DNA of 64,000 nucleotides from an uncultured Verrucomicrobiae bacterium (lineage in GTDB: Bacteria > Verrucomicrobiota > Verrucomicrobiia > Limisphaerales > Palsa-1400): NCBI GenBank assembly GCA_963707025.1, contig CAVPOM010000005.1, forward strand, positions 160,001-224,000. The letters are read 5' to 3'. Each line of letters opens with the position of its first letter. Within the stretch, counting starts at the first letter, position 1. The notes under the pieces were generated by a model, which saw only the letters and a list, made by a program, of their open reading frames with translations, made no database searches and was not told the DNA's origin. A program made the position numbers and the translations under genes. Positions 10,892-21,344 of the stretch are shown here, piece by piece.

Positions 10892-11746
10892 TTAGGAATT
10901 CACAATTGCAGATTCTATCTTTTGGGAAGCTTTTGCTGACGCGCCATCAGTCGCACCATCTTCAGGTGGGTCCGAATCCGTTAACAAACGACTGCGCTCC
11001 TGCATTTCCTTCTCATTGAGGGGAAAAGAGCCGAAATTCTTGGTGTCGAGTCCCTCTTTCTCGAGGAGCGGTGGTGCGTGCTGGTCCAAGAAGACCTTAA
11101 CCCACGCATCTCCGAGCCAGCAACGCGTTAGTTTGATCGCCGCCCTGATGTTCGCAACAATTTCCTGACGGCGCACGTAAGTTCTTCGATACGGGCCACA
11201 CATTGAGCTGAGGGATATCCGCGGCAATCTCAGTTTCTCAACGACGAGCGCCCACCTGTCGCATAGGCTGGTTCGATCCCGAAGAATCGGGCATAAATAT
11301 CGCGCTTTGGGCGTTTTCTTCCGCAGGTCTGCCAAATAGCTTAGAACCTCAGGCGGCAGAGGCACCTCATACGGGGTCCAGTGTCCCCCCCGCCTCTCGA
11401 TGTACTTCACCGTGCCCCTGTCAAAGGAGACAGCGACCCATTCAAGGTTTACCACAGTGCTTGCAAACACTCCCGCATGATGACCAAGGAGACATACCGT
11501 CGCCCACTCTGGGACGATTCGCTCCTCCCGACAAGCCTCAAGCACCACGGCGAGTGTTTCGTGACACAAGGAGGTATACAGGTACTTCGCGCGGCCTTTA
11601 CGTTCGTTGCTGCGATCCTTCAATTCCACGAGGACGGCAGGATTTGTATTGAAATCCGCCTCTTCAATGACCTCGGCACCGGCCTGCTGTTCTGCGTCGT
11701 TCCGTTTCATCGTTAGCCCATGTTCATTTTTCCATCTTTGTTCCAA
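10892..11746 (-). CDS. Degenerate tyrosine-recombinase catalytic-domain protein
   Basis: EWATVCLLGHHAGVFASTVVNLEWVAVSFDRGTV...VPLPPEVLSYL follows the integrase fold, but the catalytic Arg and His are substituted. Confidence 0.6.
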   Translation of the reverse strand: MEQRWKNEHGLTMKRNDAEQQAGAEVIEEADFNTNPAVLVELKDRSNERKGRAKYLYTSLCHETLAVVLEACREERIVPEWATVCLLGHHAGVFASTVVNLEWVAVSFDRGTVKYIERRGGHWTPYEVPLPPEVLSYLADLRKKTPKARYLCPILRDRTSLCDRWALVVEKLRLPRISLSSMCGPYRRTYVRRQEIVANIRAAIKLTRCWLGDAWVKVFLDQHAPPLLEKEGLDTKNFGSFPLNEKEMQERSRLLTDSDPPEDGATDGASAKASQKIESAIVNS

Positions 11747-13088
11747 CCCGCTTGGCTAGCTCGCCCATCAGAGCTTCTGTCGGAATAGAGGAAAGGGCGA
11801 TCTCGGGCGCGGCCAGCGGCTCAGTGTCGCCAGTCTCATCCGGATCAGCATCAAGGCTTGGAAGCGCGCTCAACACATGTTTCCGCAGGACCCCCGCGTC
11901 GTTTTTGGCGTGATCGTAATCGTCATGAGATGCGCTTTCTTCGGAATGTCCGGCAAATTCCTTCCGAAGCTCCTTGGCGATGCCGGCTTTCTTCATCCAG
12001 GTAATCACCGCGTGACGGAAGGAGTGGAATCCCCTCCGGAGAGGCTTGCGATCAAAGCCCTTTTGAGGCGCCTGCTCCGTCCACAGTCCCGCTTGGTTTA
12101 ACAGCTTAATGAAGGCACCACCAATTTGATCTTCACCACGCCCCTGCAAATAAGGGACGATATACCCCTTCAATGGCTTCCCTGCTCGGAGCACCAGATC
12201 CCGATGGTATCGGAGCCGCCGGAGCAACTCCCCGTGTATTGGAATGCACATCTGTGGAATCTCCACACCTTTTCGTCGGAGGTAATCGAGTTTGTTCTGG
12301 TCGAATCGGATTTCTTCCGCATCGAGATCCACTTCCTCCCACGTTAGATTTAGCGCATCTGCCAACCGCATGGCAGTGAATCCCGCGATGAGAACCAACG
12401 TCTTCCATTCAACGCCGGTTTCGCCGATGGTTTCAAGCCAGCGCAAAAGGCAGCGAACCTCATTGACTTCGAAGGCCACGCGTCCGCGCCCACGCTTCGC
12501 CTCTGACGGCATCCCTAATCCCCGCGCCGGGTTTATGCCGATTACATGAACCACCTCCTTTGCGTAGTGGTAGATTTGTTTGATGACCTTGATGTGAGTC
12601 CTTATCGTGGCTTTCCGATACTGGCCGGAGGTAGCCCGTTGCTTGGAGAACGTTTCGAGATCAGCGTGTATGACGCGTGAGGGATCCTGCCGGGCTTTCT
12701 TGTCCACGAACGTCAATAGGCAGTGGATCATGGCCTGAATCGATGAGAATCTGGAGTAGGCAAGTCCTAAATTTTTCCAAAGCCACTCAATCATCAAGTG
12801 CGCTGTGGTTTCTCCGCTATTGGCTCGCGCAGCTCGGGCGACGATTTCTTGCACCCCCCGCTCGACCTCCTCAACGGTGAGAGCTCCGTTTCCAAGAAGC
12901 TGAAATCGGCGCAATACGTCTTCGGCGATCTCGCGGTTGCGCTTCGTGTTTCCAGCTCGCTCCGCATCATTGTCGCCGGCTCCCTCAATCGGGATACCCA
13001 AATTAATTGCCGGGAGGTAGTTCCCGCGCTCGTCCCGCCGACCAATTCTATACGTGCGATACTTGTCCGGGTCATCAATGAGCCACAT
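11724..13088 (-). CDS. Tyrosine recombinase/integrase
   Basis: TAMRLADALNLTW, GFHSFRH, AGHS, DDYDH: complete R-HxxR-H-Y set. Confidence 0.92.
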   Translation of the reverse strand: MWLIDDPDKYRTYRIGRRDERGNYLPAINLGIPIEGAGDNDAERAGNTKRNREIAEDVLRRFQLLGNGALTVEEVERGVQEIVARAARANSGETTAHLMIEWLWKNLGLAYSRFSSIQAMIHCLLTFVDKKARQDPSRVIHADLETFSKQRATSGQYRKATIRTHIKVIKQIYHYAKEVVHVIGINPARGLGMPSEAKRGRGRVAFEVNEVRCLLRWLETIGETGVEWKTLVLIAGFTAMRLADALNLTWEEVDLDAEEIRFDQNKLDYLRRKGVEIPQMCIPIHGELLRRLRYHRDLVLRAGKPLKGYIVPYLQGRGEDQIGGAFIKLLNQAGLWTEQAPQKGFDRKPLRRGFHSFRHAVITWMKKAGIAKELRKEFAGHSEESASHDDYDHAKNDAGVLRKHVLSALPSLDADPDETGDTEPLAAPEIALSSIPTEALMGELAKRVGTKMEK

Positions 13089-13213
13089 AATGCTTGTTCG
13101 CTTTCAGTGTGAAATCCTGGCGTTTTGCTCGCAGGCACGTAATTCCGCGCTGCCCATAAATTTGCTTGTGGAAGAATGTTTGACGGCGTTTTGGTCTTCC
13201 AAGAAACCTCCGA

Positions 13214-13671
13214 CAAAATGCACAGCAAACTCACGTAGTCCTACAGGTTTTGCCGCCGTTTCCAGGTTTTGGCGTGTTTTGCGCCCTTGACACGCTCGAT
13301 CTAAGTCATTGAATATCAACAGATTCGCCGTGACGCGCTCGCACCCAAGGCAAGTAATGCTCCCCCGTGGGCGTGCGGTATTTCCCCCGCCGGGCCTTTC
13401 GGTTGCTTGGTCGAGGCGGCTTCCGTCAAAAGCCACCTCCAGCAAAATGCACAGCAAAGGTGCGATCGTTACCAGAGTCGCTTGATCGGCAACATAGTTA
13501 TTGGGGTTACGATCACCGCCGGGCGGGAGACGTCGGTTTTCCTCCACGGCCCGCAAAAGCATTGCCTGGATCCAATCGCATGCAGGAGCGAATGGCCTCA
13601 GGGGGCCTCCCCTGAAGCCGAGGCTGATGCCGCAGTACCATGCCCGACTCCCCAGCAAAGTGCGCAGCAGA
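13214..13671. repeat. Direct repeats upstream of the integrase, possible arm-type sites
   Basis: CAAAATGCACAGCAAA at 13214-13229 and 13443-13458; variant CAGCAAAGTGCGCAGCAGA at 13653-13671. Confidence 0.6.
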
Positions 13672-15148
13672 AAAAATGCAGTTCGCATGGTTCCTGTTTG
13701 AGGTTTTGGGTCCTGTGGGAAGATACAGGGGTTGTTCCACGCGAGGCAGGCGACATGAATTATGGCCGAACTTTGAATTGCGCCCACGGTCTGAACCGAC
13801 GCTGGCGTTTCCGCTTCTGCCATTCTCGGCGCCGACAGGATGGTTCCCTTGCCGGCGAAGGTCGCCAGGGCTTGATTCGGATGCTCCCCAATTGCGACTG
13901 CAAGCGGTTGACCAGGGTCAGCGGCGGAGTTTCCAAACCGGCATCCAGCCGCTAGAGTCCCGTGACAATCCTGCTTTTCAAATAGTGTTTCCATTTGCTT
14001 TCAGCCTACGGCCCGCCAGTGTCCTTGGAACCGAAGGGTTTGTTGGATTGGTGACCAATCCGGCAAAGAGAGGGCCGACATTGGCATGCGACCGGTGCCC
14101 GAACAGGCTGCTTGGCGGCGCTTCTGCCGGTTGCGCGGGCATTGACCTGGGGTGCGCATGCTTAATGAGTTTCGTCAGCAATCGGGGTCACCTCCCTTTG
14201 CTGGCCGGCGTTTGGAACCGGGCGCCGGTTGCTTCCCGCCGCGGCGTCAGTGTAGGCGTCGCCACCGGCGCCGTTGCCGGCCCCCTCCAACTTTCGCAGT
14301 GCAGCCTGGTTTTTGGCGGCCATGTTTTCGCGGAGCAGGACGATGGCCTTTCTGAGCCCCTTTTTCGCCGTCCGCGAGCGAATGCAGGTATTTTGTGGCG
14401 AAGTACCGCTGCCCGCCCGGCGGCAGGTTCGCCAAAGCAGGCCTGTGGCCGCGGCGGCACAGCAGGAGCACGTCCTTCCGCGACCACCGCTCACAGTCGC
14501 CTTCGATGAAATGGGGAGGGGACTTTGCGCACAACCCGCGTCTTGCCCTGCCGGTGGCAGTGCCGGGGCGCACTGCAGGACGACAGGCACACCTTCAGCC
14601 AGTGCGGTTGCAAAGGATGGATGCCCTTTTGACTTGGTGCGGCAATTCACGAGTCCCTCCTGTGTCGGCGGCGGAGCGTCGGCGGCATCACTACCGCCCG
14701 TTGTGGCGTATGGGCGGCCAGCAGCGCGCCAATATCCGGCCTGCCGGCCGGCGCGATAATGGAGTCTCGAAGATCGGACCAGTTGCAGCCCAGACAACAT
14801 GGGACATATAGCTATTCCGGAGCGTCGGGTCGTAGGACAACCCTTTGTACTTACTACTCGTCATGCCCCATTGTAAGGCCCTCTATGTGTGTTGTTCCGA
14901 AAAAATTGCTTTATTCGCTCTGCGCAACGTGACTATTCCGACTTGCGGGCAATAATTCCACGCTGCAACTCATCCACCCCTGTCCAATTGAATGTATTTC
15001 CATTCCAGTCCCATGCGAAGGAGGGTGCAACGCCAGAAATGGCACATTCGGGCGCCGGCTGTTGGAGATCGGGCATCCGGCTTCGCTAGAGCAGGTGTTA
15101 GTAGCACTTCACGGGTTGTAATTGAGACTTCACTACCTATAATAAGTT

Positions 15149-15320
15149 GTGAATACTCACACTTTACTTCCAGGCGACAACCTGGGTTCGCTACGGAAGC
15201 TCAAGAACAACTCCATTCACTCAGTCGCAACCGGCGCTCCGTGTGGCCTTGGCAGCCCCCAGATCCTCTGGAGATGGTTCTGGCGCGGATGGAACACCGG
15301 TCCCCTGGCAGCAGGGCGCA
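15149..15320 (+). pseudogene. Relic of a phage-type N6A/N4C DNA methyltransferase N-terminus
   Basis: LLPGDNLGSLRKLKNNSIHSVATGAPCGLG (DPPY decayed to GAPC), then frameshifted PDPLEMVLARME. Confidence 0.6.
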
Positions 15321-15341
15321 GCAACAGTGTGACAGAATAAT

Positions 15342-15551
15342 ATGTTGGAATATACAAAATGGGCAAGCCTATCGGGTGCGGCAGCGTATATTGACGTCTC
15401 CACTGACACGATTGGCCGCCGAGCTGTCCCTTTTGTTGAGGGAAAGCCCCGCGTTCCAGGGAAGATCCGTTGGAAGCTGTTGAAGTTAGGCGAAGGTACC
15501 CGCATGGAGCGGCGTTATTTCGTTGACGATTTGGATTTCTGGCTGGAGTGA
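15342..15551 (+). CDS. Excisionase-like winged-HTH protein
   Basis: WASLSGAAAYIDVSTDTIGRR...RRYFVDDLDFWL. Confidence 0.65.
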   Translation: MLEYTKWASLSGAAAYIDVSTDTIGRRAVPFVEGKPRVPGKIRWKLLKLGEGTRMERRYFVDDLDFWLE

Positions 15552-15654
15552 GCCATTTTGATCTTCAACACCATTTTTAGAGGTACCGAGCTTGAAATAG
15601 GTCCCCTCGCGCCTGGAACCGCCACGCCGGTACCACTCAAGCCCGCTTCCGGCC

Positions 15655-15879
15655 TTGCACGAGCTTCAGCGTCTCCCGATCCGGCTTGTGGCCATGCCAG
15701 TTTTCCTCCTATACAAAATAAGATGCGACGAACTCAAACCCAGCAAAGGCGGCAGAATTATCAAGCGGTACCACTTGCCGGACCTGGACGCGTTGCTGGT
15801 CGCTCGGTCGCCTCAGCGGCCTGCGAATTTGACGCCGGCATTCCACCCGGAGAAAAGCGGAAGCGGAAAGCACGCATGA
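15655..15879 (+). pseudogene. Degenerate paralog of the preceding excisionase-like gene
   Basis: KIRCDELKPSKGGRIIKRYHLPDLDALL aligns by eye with KIRWKLLKLGEGTRMERRYFVDDLDFWL. Confidence 0.45.
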
Positions 15880-16231
15880 AATCCGGTTGCCACCTCACGG
15901 ACCAAAATGCAGTTGGCGTTTCCCTTGTCGCCGGAGTTGGAGAACATGACCCGGGGCGGGTATTGCTGGTGCCCAACGTACCTGCGTGCGACCCCTTTGG
16001 CCAATTGTGTTCCGGCCAATGATCTTTCCCTCAAGCTGGTTGATTCGACCTTGAGTGGCTGGTTTAAGCGACCTCTGACACTTGTTACAAACCCCAATCT
16101 CAAATTAATCCTAGCAATAGTCATAACCAGTGGATGTTGTGGGACTAATAGCGGATGCTTGCGATGCTCATTCTACTCAAAAAAAAGCAGCGATTCCCCT
16201 GTTGATTATTCAAACTGCATATAATGTAGCT

Positions 16232-16408
16232 GTGAGTGATAGCGATAGATTGCTAACGATAGAAGAACTGGCCGAGCGTATCCAGTTATCAGTTGAGTGG
16301 ATACGTGAAAAGGTCCAGGCTGGCATTATTCCTGCCATTAGGTTCAACTCCAGGACTTGGCGGTTTCACTGGCCTACGGTTTTGGCTGCGCTTCAGCGGA
16401 TGCAGTAA
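16232..16408 (+). CDS. Excisionase-family HTH DNA-binding protein
   Basis: LLTIEELAERIQLSVEWIREKVQAGIIPAIRF...WRF; convergent with the integrase; GTG start inferred. Confidence 0.8.
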   Translation: MSDSDRLLTIEELAERIQLSVEWIREKVQAGIIPAIRFNSRTWRFHWPTVLAALQRMQ

Positions 16409-17657
16409 CTTCGACCTTCTTTTCGGCTTCGGCCTTTTCGAACGCCGCTTTAGCCGCCGTTTCCACTACCTTCTTCCACTCTTTGGTCCTGAGATACGCA
16501 TTCACTTTTTCGGGGGTGATTTTCCAGTGTTCCAAGGATACATCATCTGGTACGTGCAAAGCGGCGTAGTGCTTGAGCAAAACTCGAATCGAGTTCCCGC
16601 AGTCCTTGACGACATCATAATCATTGCGATAAACGGCCCGCAGATGTGTAGCGCAGTTCTTCCTCATCCCGTCACGGATCCAGTTTTGCAGGCCTATCAG
16701 TTCGCAGCACTGATCGACCAGGCGGCGTTCGTTAACCGGGGGCAGTGGGTTACCCAATTCCTTGGCCCGATGCAGCCACTGGACCGCGACGGGTTGCAGG
16801 CGAATGGTGCGTTCGTCGCCAGTTTTGGCCACTTCTGCCGTGACCTTGACAAGCCCATTTTTGAGGTTGATGAATTGCCAACCAAACTTCTCGTGCCTGC
16901 GCTTCTTCCGGCCGCATGCATCCGAAAAACCCCAAGGCCATCGGGGCGATGATTTGCTTGGTGGCGTTGTTCGACATAACGGCGGCCATCAAGTTCAACG
17001 TGGTTTCGTTCGGGTAAATCTCGACCGTGACGCCAATTTTGCCGACGGGTTCCAGGCGATCTACGATATTGAGCGAGCACCATCCTTTGGCAATTGCGAC
17101 CTCCCACAAGCTGGAAAATCGCCCCTGGTTGGTCCTTTTTGTGCTCAGTCCCCAGGGCTTATGCGCCTTATCCTCCTGGGTCTTAATCCACGCCTCCAGA
17201 TCGGCTGCCAGGATTTCGTGGATGGGCTGCTTCTCCCGGCCCATGCCAAACTTCTTGAACAGGTCCGCCACTTCATTAACGTATTCTTCTGTTTTTCCTA
17301 CTGCCAGCTTCCGTTTTCTGAACTCAGCCACAACATCCTCGTAGGGCATGGGGGTGGTAGTCGTTTGCTGGTTGTCCTTTTTCCAGCGCTTGTGATCTTC
17401 CCAAACCTGTCTGGGAGTCATGTTTGCTGCCTTGATTTCTTCCAGGACAGAAACGGCTTCCTTACGCGCCGGGGTTGACATTCGGTCCCAGAACTCCCCG
17501 CCTTTTTTGAGGTCCTTCTTGTAATTGTCGATGGCCGCATCGGCGTCAGCCTCTGTGGCGAAATAGGGCCGGCGCTGACGCCATTTTCATCAATACCGAA
17601 GTCCACCTCCCACTTTTTCTTTCCGCTTTTTTGGATCTCTCGCTTTGTTGGTTCCAT
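16374..17657 (-). CDS. tRNA-proximal phage-type integrase with two frameshifts (pseudogene or assembly error)
   Basis: Joined frames give MEPTKRE..WEVDFG / RPYFATEADA...GFFGCMRPEE / AKTGDERTI...WIRDGMRKNCATH...CGNS...KHY; shifts near 17578 and 16890. Confidence 0.8.
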
Positions 17658-17687
17658 AATTGTTCGAGACTTTCTTGTTGGAGGCTT

Positions 17688-17729
17688 TTTGCTCCAGTTT
17701 GCTCCGTTATATGCTCCAATTTGCTCCAC
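17688..17729. repeat. Four TGCTCC repeats arranged as two pairs, probable integrase arm-binding sites
   Basis: TTTGCTCCAGTTTGCTCCGTTATATGCTCCAATTTGCTCCA between the integrase start and the tRNA. Confidence 0.6.
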
Positions 17730-17847
17730 GTCAAGTCCCGAACAAGCCCCCAGCAACTCCCGCGCAACTTTTGCCGTTGGTTTGGCTAATAATCTCGTAA
17801 GTGATTGATTATCAACTCACAACGCCTTGATTTCCCTAAGGTTAGGA

Positions 17848-17923
17848 TGGTGGAGCCGACAGGAATCGAACCTGCGACCTTCTCATTGCGAACGAGACGC
17901 TCTGCCAACTGAGCTACGACCCC
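17848..17923 (-). tRNA. tRNA-Ala (anticodon CGC)
   Basis: Reverse complement GGGGTCGTAGCTCAGTTGGCAGAGCGTCTCGTTCGCAATGAGAAGGTCGCAGGTTCGATTCCTGTCGGCTCCACCA; 76 nt, G3:U70 pair, encoded CCA. Confidence 0.97.
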
Positions 17924-17987
17924 ATCCCACTGTCGTGAAAATCATTCCGTTGCCGCGAAATTGCAAGAAATGTTTTCGACAGAAACA

Positions 17988-18015
17988 AAAAGGCCGGACT
18001 TTCGTCCGGCCTTTT
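17988..18015. terminator. Intrinsic terminator, probably bidirectional
   Basis: AAAAGGCCGGAC-TTTC-GTCCGGCCTTTT. Confidence 0.85.
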
Positions 18016-18164
18016 CGCACACATCAACAAAACTTAAATCTTCGCTCTTGCCCGGCGGTTGTCGAATCCCGCCGTCAACTATGTGAACACCATACTGCAC
18101 TGGCCGGAAACCGCCAGTCACCAGGTACCTGGTGACACGGGGGACAACCCGAAAAAGGCGCGTT

Positions 18165-18590
18165 TTACCAGAGTTCCGGGGCGTGGCGCAGCTTGTCCAG
18201 GAGGCGGCTGTCGGCGGCGGGAAAGGCGTATTCGGAGAGCTGGCCGGCTGTAATCCAAGCCAGACTCTGGCATAAAACCGGCGGGGGTTCGTGGCGGAGC
18301 CAGCGGCAATGGAAGAATTTCAGCCGGACCGGGCGCGCGGGATAGTGATGGAGGATGTCCTCGATCAGGGAGAGGATTTGCACTTCGATGCCCAGTTCTT
18401 CACGAAGCTCGCGGTGGAGGCATTGCTCAAAAGTTTCGCCGGCTTCGCGTTTGCCGCCGGGAAATTCCCACAGGCCGGCCAGGTGCCCGCCGGCGGCCCG
18501 CCGGGTGATCAACAGTTTTCCATCGCGAAAAATCAATCCGGCGGCAACTTCAACCGGGTCCTGGGCTGGCGGCGCAGAACGCTGGATCAT
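18165..18590 (-). CDS. mutT: 8-oxo-dGTP diphosphatase (NUDIX)
   Basis: HLAGLWEFPGGKREAGETFEQCLHRELREELGI Nudix box; FPAAD. Confidence 0.88.
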   Translation of the reverse strand: MIQRSAPPAQDPVEVAAGLIFRDGKLLITRRAAGGHLAGLWEFPGGKREAGETFEQCLHRELREELGIEVQILSLIEDILHHYPARPVRLKFFHCRWLRHEPPPVLCQSLAWITAGQLSEYAFPAADSRLLDKLRHAPELW

Positions 18591-19435
18591 GGCTTGCCGG
18601 CGGGCGTGGCATTGGTGGCCGGCGGGGCGGTTTTTGGAGCTTGATTGGTGGCCGGCGCGGCGGGCGGCGGCGGCACTGCGCCCGGTTTTCCCGGCGGGGC
18701 GGAAAGTTGCATTTCAGCCTCGGATGGAGTCAGCAGGCTTGACGGGGCGGCAGCGCGGGCCTGGGGCGGGCTGGGGTTCAGTTCAGGATGCTTGGCCACG
18801 AGAAGCCGCAATCGCTCATAGGCTTCACTCACCCACGGATCGTCCGGGGCATTGATGTTCAACAACTCCTTGTAGTAATTGACCGCCTGCGCCGGTTTAT
18901 TGTCGGCCTCACTCAAGCGGCCCAAGGTCAATTTGACTGGCAGGACGATGCCGGGGCTGGTGGAGTAGATGGTGTTGATCTTTTTGTACTGTTGCACGGC
19001 GTCGCCAATTTTGCCTTGGGCCTCCAGGCAGGCGGCGATGCCGACATTGGCCTGGGGCAGCAGGGCATTGCCGGAATAGTCGGCCACAAACTTGGAGAAT
19101 TCTTGCTGTGCCTCGGCATATTGGCCCCCCAGAAACAACTCCTTGGCGGCCAGCAATTGGGCGGCGGCCCCGGCGCTGGTGCCGGGGTATCGCTGGCTGA
19201 TCTTGAGCAACTCCTTCGCGTCGGCAGAATCCCCCGGAGGCGCCTCGGCCAACAGCGACGGGACGGCGAGCAAGGCCTGGTTGGCGTTGGATTCGTTCCG
19301 GCTCTTGTTCCACATCACAGCCCCGGCCACGAGGGCGATCACCCCCGCCACGATCGCTCCGGCCAAAACCCGCTTCCGGTTGGTGTGCAGCCAACCGTAA
19401 AAATGATAAAGAGTTGCCGTTGTATCAGCTTCCAT
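18587..19435 (-). CDS. Membrane-anchored TPR protein (YfgM-like)
   Basis: N-terminal TM, YPGTSAG motif, TPR helices, Pro/Ala-rich tail. Confidence 0.8.
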   Translation of the reverse strand: MEADTTATLYHFYGWLHTNRKRVLAGAIVAGVIALVAGAVMWNKSRNESNANQALLAVPSLLAEAPPGDSADAKELLKISQRYPGTSAGAAAQLLAAKELFLGGQYAEAQQEFSKFVADYSGNALLPQANVGIAACLEAQGKIGDAVQQYKKINTIYSTSPGIVLPVKLTLGRLSEADNKPAQAVNYYKELLNINAPDDPWVSEAYERLRLLVAKHPELNPSPPQARAAAPSSLLTPSEAEMQLSAPPGKPGAVPPPPAAPATNQAPKTAPPATNATPAGKP

Positions 19436-19562
19436 AAGAGGCGGAGAATAGTCCGGCCTGCCCGAAAAAAGGCAAGCTTAATTGTTGGCGTCGCATCGGA
19501 GCAATATAAGGGGATGGCCGGCGCCTGGCAATGTTTCTTGGCAAAAGGGAAGAGGGCGCCGC

Positions 19563-19922
19563 TCAGGCAGCGCCCCGGCCAGGGTCAGGACGGGTCACCC
19601 GCACGGAAACGTGGCGGGCCTCGGGGATGATAAATTTTTTGACCTCGACCGTGACGCGGGCCGGCTTGAACTCACCCAGGATCATTTCCGCCAACTCCAC
19701 GGCAAGGGTCTCGATCAGTTTCCAGCTTCGCCCCCGGCCAAAGTCCAGCAACCGCCGGCTGACGGCCTGGTAGTCAATGGTCCGGTCCAGGGCGTCGGCG
19801 ATGAGGGAAAAGTCGCGGTCCATTTCCACCGTCAGGGCCAGGCGCTGCGGATTGGCCCGTTCCCCGTCCGAAACGCCGACGCGGCAAAAGACGGTCAAAT
19901 CCTGGATGGCAATGCGGTCCAT
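19563..19922 (-). CDS. folB: Dihydroneopterin aldolase
   Basis: VGVSDGERANPQRL, TIDY, WKLIETLA, VEVKK. Confidence 0.92.
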   Translation of the reverse strand: MDRIAIQDLTVFCRVGVSDGERANPQRLALTVEMDRDFSLIADALDRTIDYQAVSRRLLDFGRGRSWKLIETLAVELAEMILGEFKPARVTVEVKKFIIPEARHVSVRVTRPDPGRGAA

Positions 19923-19931
19923 GGCGCAAGC

Positions 19932-21332
19932 TCAGGCGTTGGCCTGGACGGCGGCCAATTCCCGGCGGTTGAAAAGAAGGATGCCGGCCAGGGCGAAAAC
20001 TCCGCCCATCAACAGCACGATCTGCTCCACCGCCCGGGCCAGTTGCCCCCAGGTAATGCTGTGGCCGGTGCTCAAGTCGTCCACCGGCGAAAAGCTCTCC
20101 ACCAGGTTGACCACCTTCAAGACGGCGCCGAATACCGGCACGGAAACACTGTCAATGAACTTGGCGAGTTGGCCGGGCTTCCCCTGGCTGTCGTAGGGAA
20201 AAATGCTTTTGTTCTCCTGCACCGCGCTCAAGGTGCCGGTGGAAAGGCCCACCAGCAAGACCGCCAGCGAACAAAACGCCGCCACCGGGAAGGAAAGAAA
20301 ACTGGCCGAGGCCAGGCCGATGGCCGAAAGCAAGGCCAGCCAGCACAGGATGACTGCCAGGCCGCGGCCGAAGTTGACGCCAAAGCTGCTCTCCCGGTAG
20401 AGAACCTCAAAACCATCCTCCATCGGGAAGAACAACGAGGTGTTGTTGTCATTGCGGCAGGCCACCGTGAGGATGCCGCCCGCATCCAGCAAAGGGGACA
20501 CGTCCATTTCCTGAAACGAATCCGGCGGCAGTGTCTCAACAAAGGTTTGCGGCGTGGGGGATTCGACGGGGCCGACCCGCCACGACAGGTCATAGGTCGC
20601 CGCCGGATTGGGAGCAGCCACATGAAACTTGACGCGCACTTGCATGGGTTGACTGCGCACACGCGGCGACAGGCTGCTCAAATTGATCTTCCACATCCTG
20701 TAGCTCCCGGCGGGCACTTCTTCCACCTCGGAACGAACTCGCGCCAGAATTTGGTTGCCGACCTGTTTCAGGTCGTCGGCGTTGGTGAAAGATTCACCCG
20801 GATGACCGGCCTGCCAGTTGCGGAGCCAGTCGGCCGCCATTTTCTTTGCCTGGGCCGTGATATCCGGCGGCCTCTCCCGGGCGGCGGCGCGCGCCACAAA
20901 TATCTCGCTGCGCAGTTTGGCCTGCTGCCCGGCCGGAAGCCGCTGGGCCCGCCATTGCAGCAGCATAAAAACCGCGGCCCCGGAGATGGCGAGCAACATG
21001 GCGTTGAGGGCGAGTATTCCCAGCCACTTGCCCAGCCAGATTTGCCAGCGCGCAATCGGTTTGGTGCAGACCACCTGAATCTGGCAGTCCTCGACATCCC
21101 GGGCCAGCGTGCCACAGGACAGCCAGAGCGTGGCGATGCCCAGCAGGACGGTGATGGCGCTCAAGGTGTAGGTGAGCACAATCTGGGTCAACCCTTCCGC
21201 CGTGTCGTCGGCGCGCACGACCAGCGGCAGTCCCACCACCGCCGCCACCAGCAGCGCGGCCATCACCCAGAAAAGCCGGTAACGAAAGGCCGACTTCCAG
21301 GTCAGGCGGGCAATGGCGAGGAGGCGCTGCAT
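19932..21332 (-). CDS. ABC-2-type transporter permease
   Basis: LLAIARLTWK, VCTKPIARWQIWLGKWLG, C-terminal FNRRELA. Confidence 0.85.
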   Translation of the reverse strand: MQRLLAIARLTWKSAFRYRLFWVMAALLVAAVVGLPLVVRADDTAEGLTQIVLTYTLSAITVLLGIATLWLSCGTLARDVEDCQIQVVCTKPIARWQIWLGKWLGILALNAMLLAISGAAVFMLLQWRAQRLPAGQQAKLRSEIFVARAAARERPPDITAQAKKMAADWLRNWQAGHPGESFTNADDLKQVGNQILARVRSEVEEVPAGSYRMWKINLSSLSPRVRSQPMQVRVKFHVAAPNPAATYDLSWRVGPVESPTPQTFVETLPPDSFQEMDVSPLLDAGGILTVACRNDNNTSLFFPMEDGFEVLYRESSFGVNFGRGLAVILCWLALLSAIGLASASFLSFPVAAFCSLAVLLVGLSTGTLSAVQENKSIFPYDSQGKPGQLAKFIDSVSVPVFGAVLKVVNLVESFSPVDDLSTGHSITWGQLARAVEQIVLLMGGVFALAGILLFNRRELAAVQANA

Positions 21333-21344
21333 GTCTATAAAATG

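Larger units (their letters stand above)
7094..17847. mobile_element. Decayed integrative island at tRNA-Ala; left boundary not defined
   Basis: Integrase next to the tRNA 3' end, several Xis-like genes, gene fragments, visibly lower GC than the core genes. Confidence 0.75.

Noticed and set aside
13100..14900. Overlapping ORFs of 100-300 aa in the island
   Set aside because: No recognisable motifs or consistent frame; not called
1..17847. Second att copy of the tRNA-Ala 3' end
   Set aside because: No duplicate found by eye; it may lie outside the window or be lost
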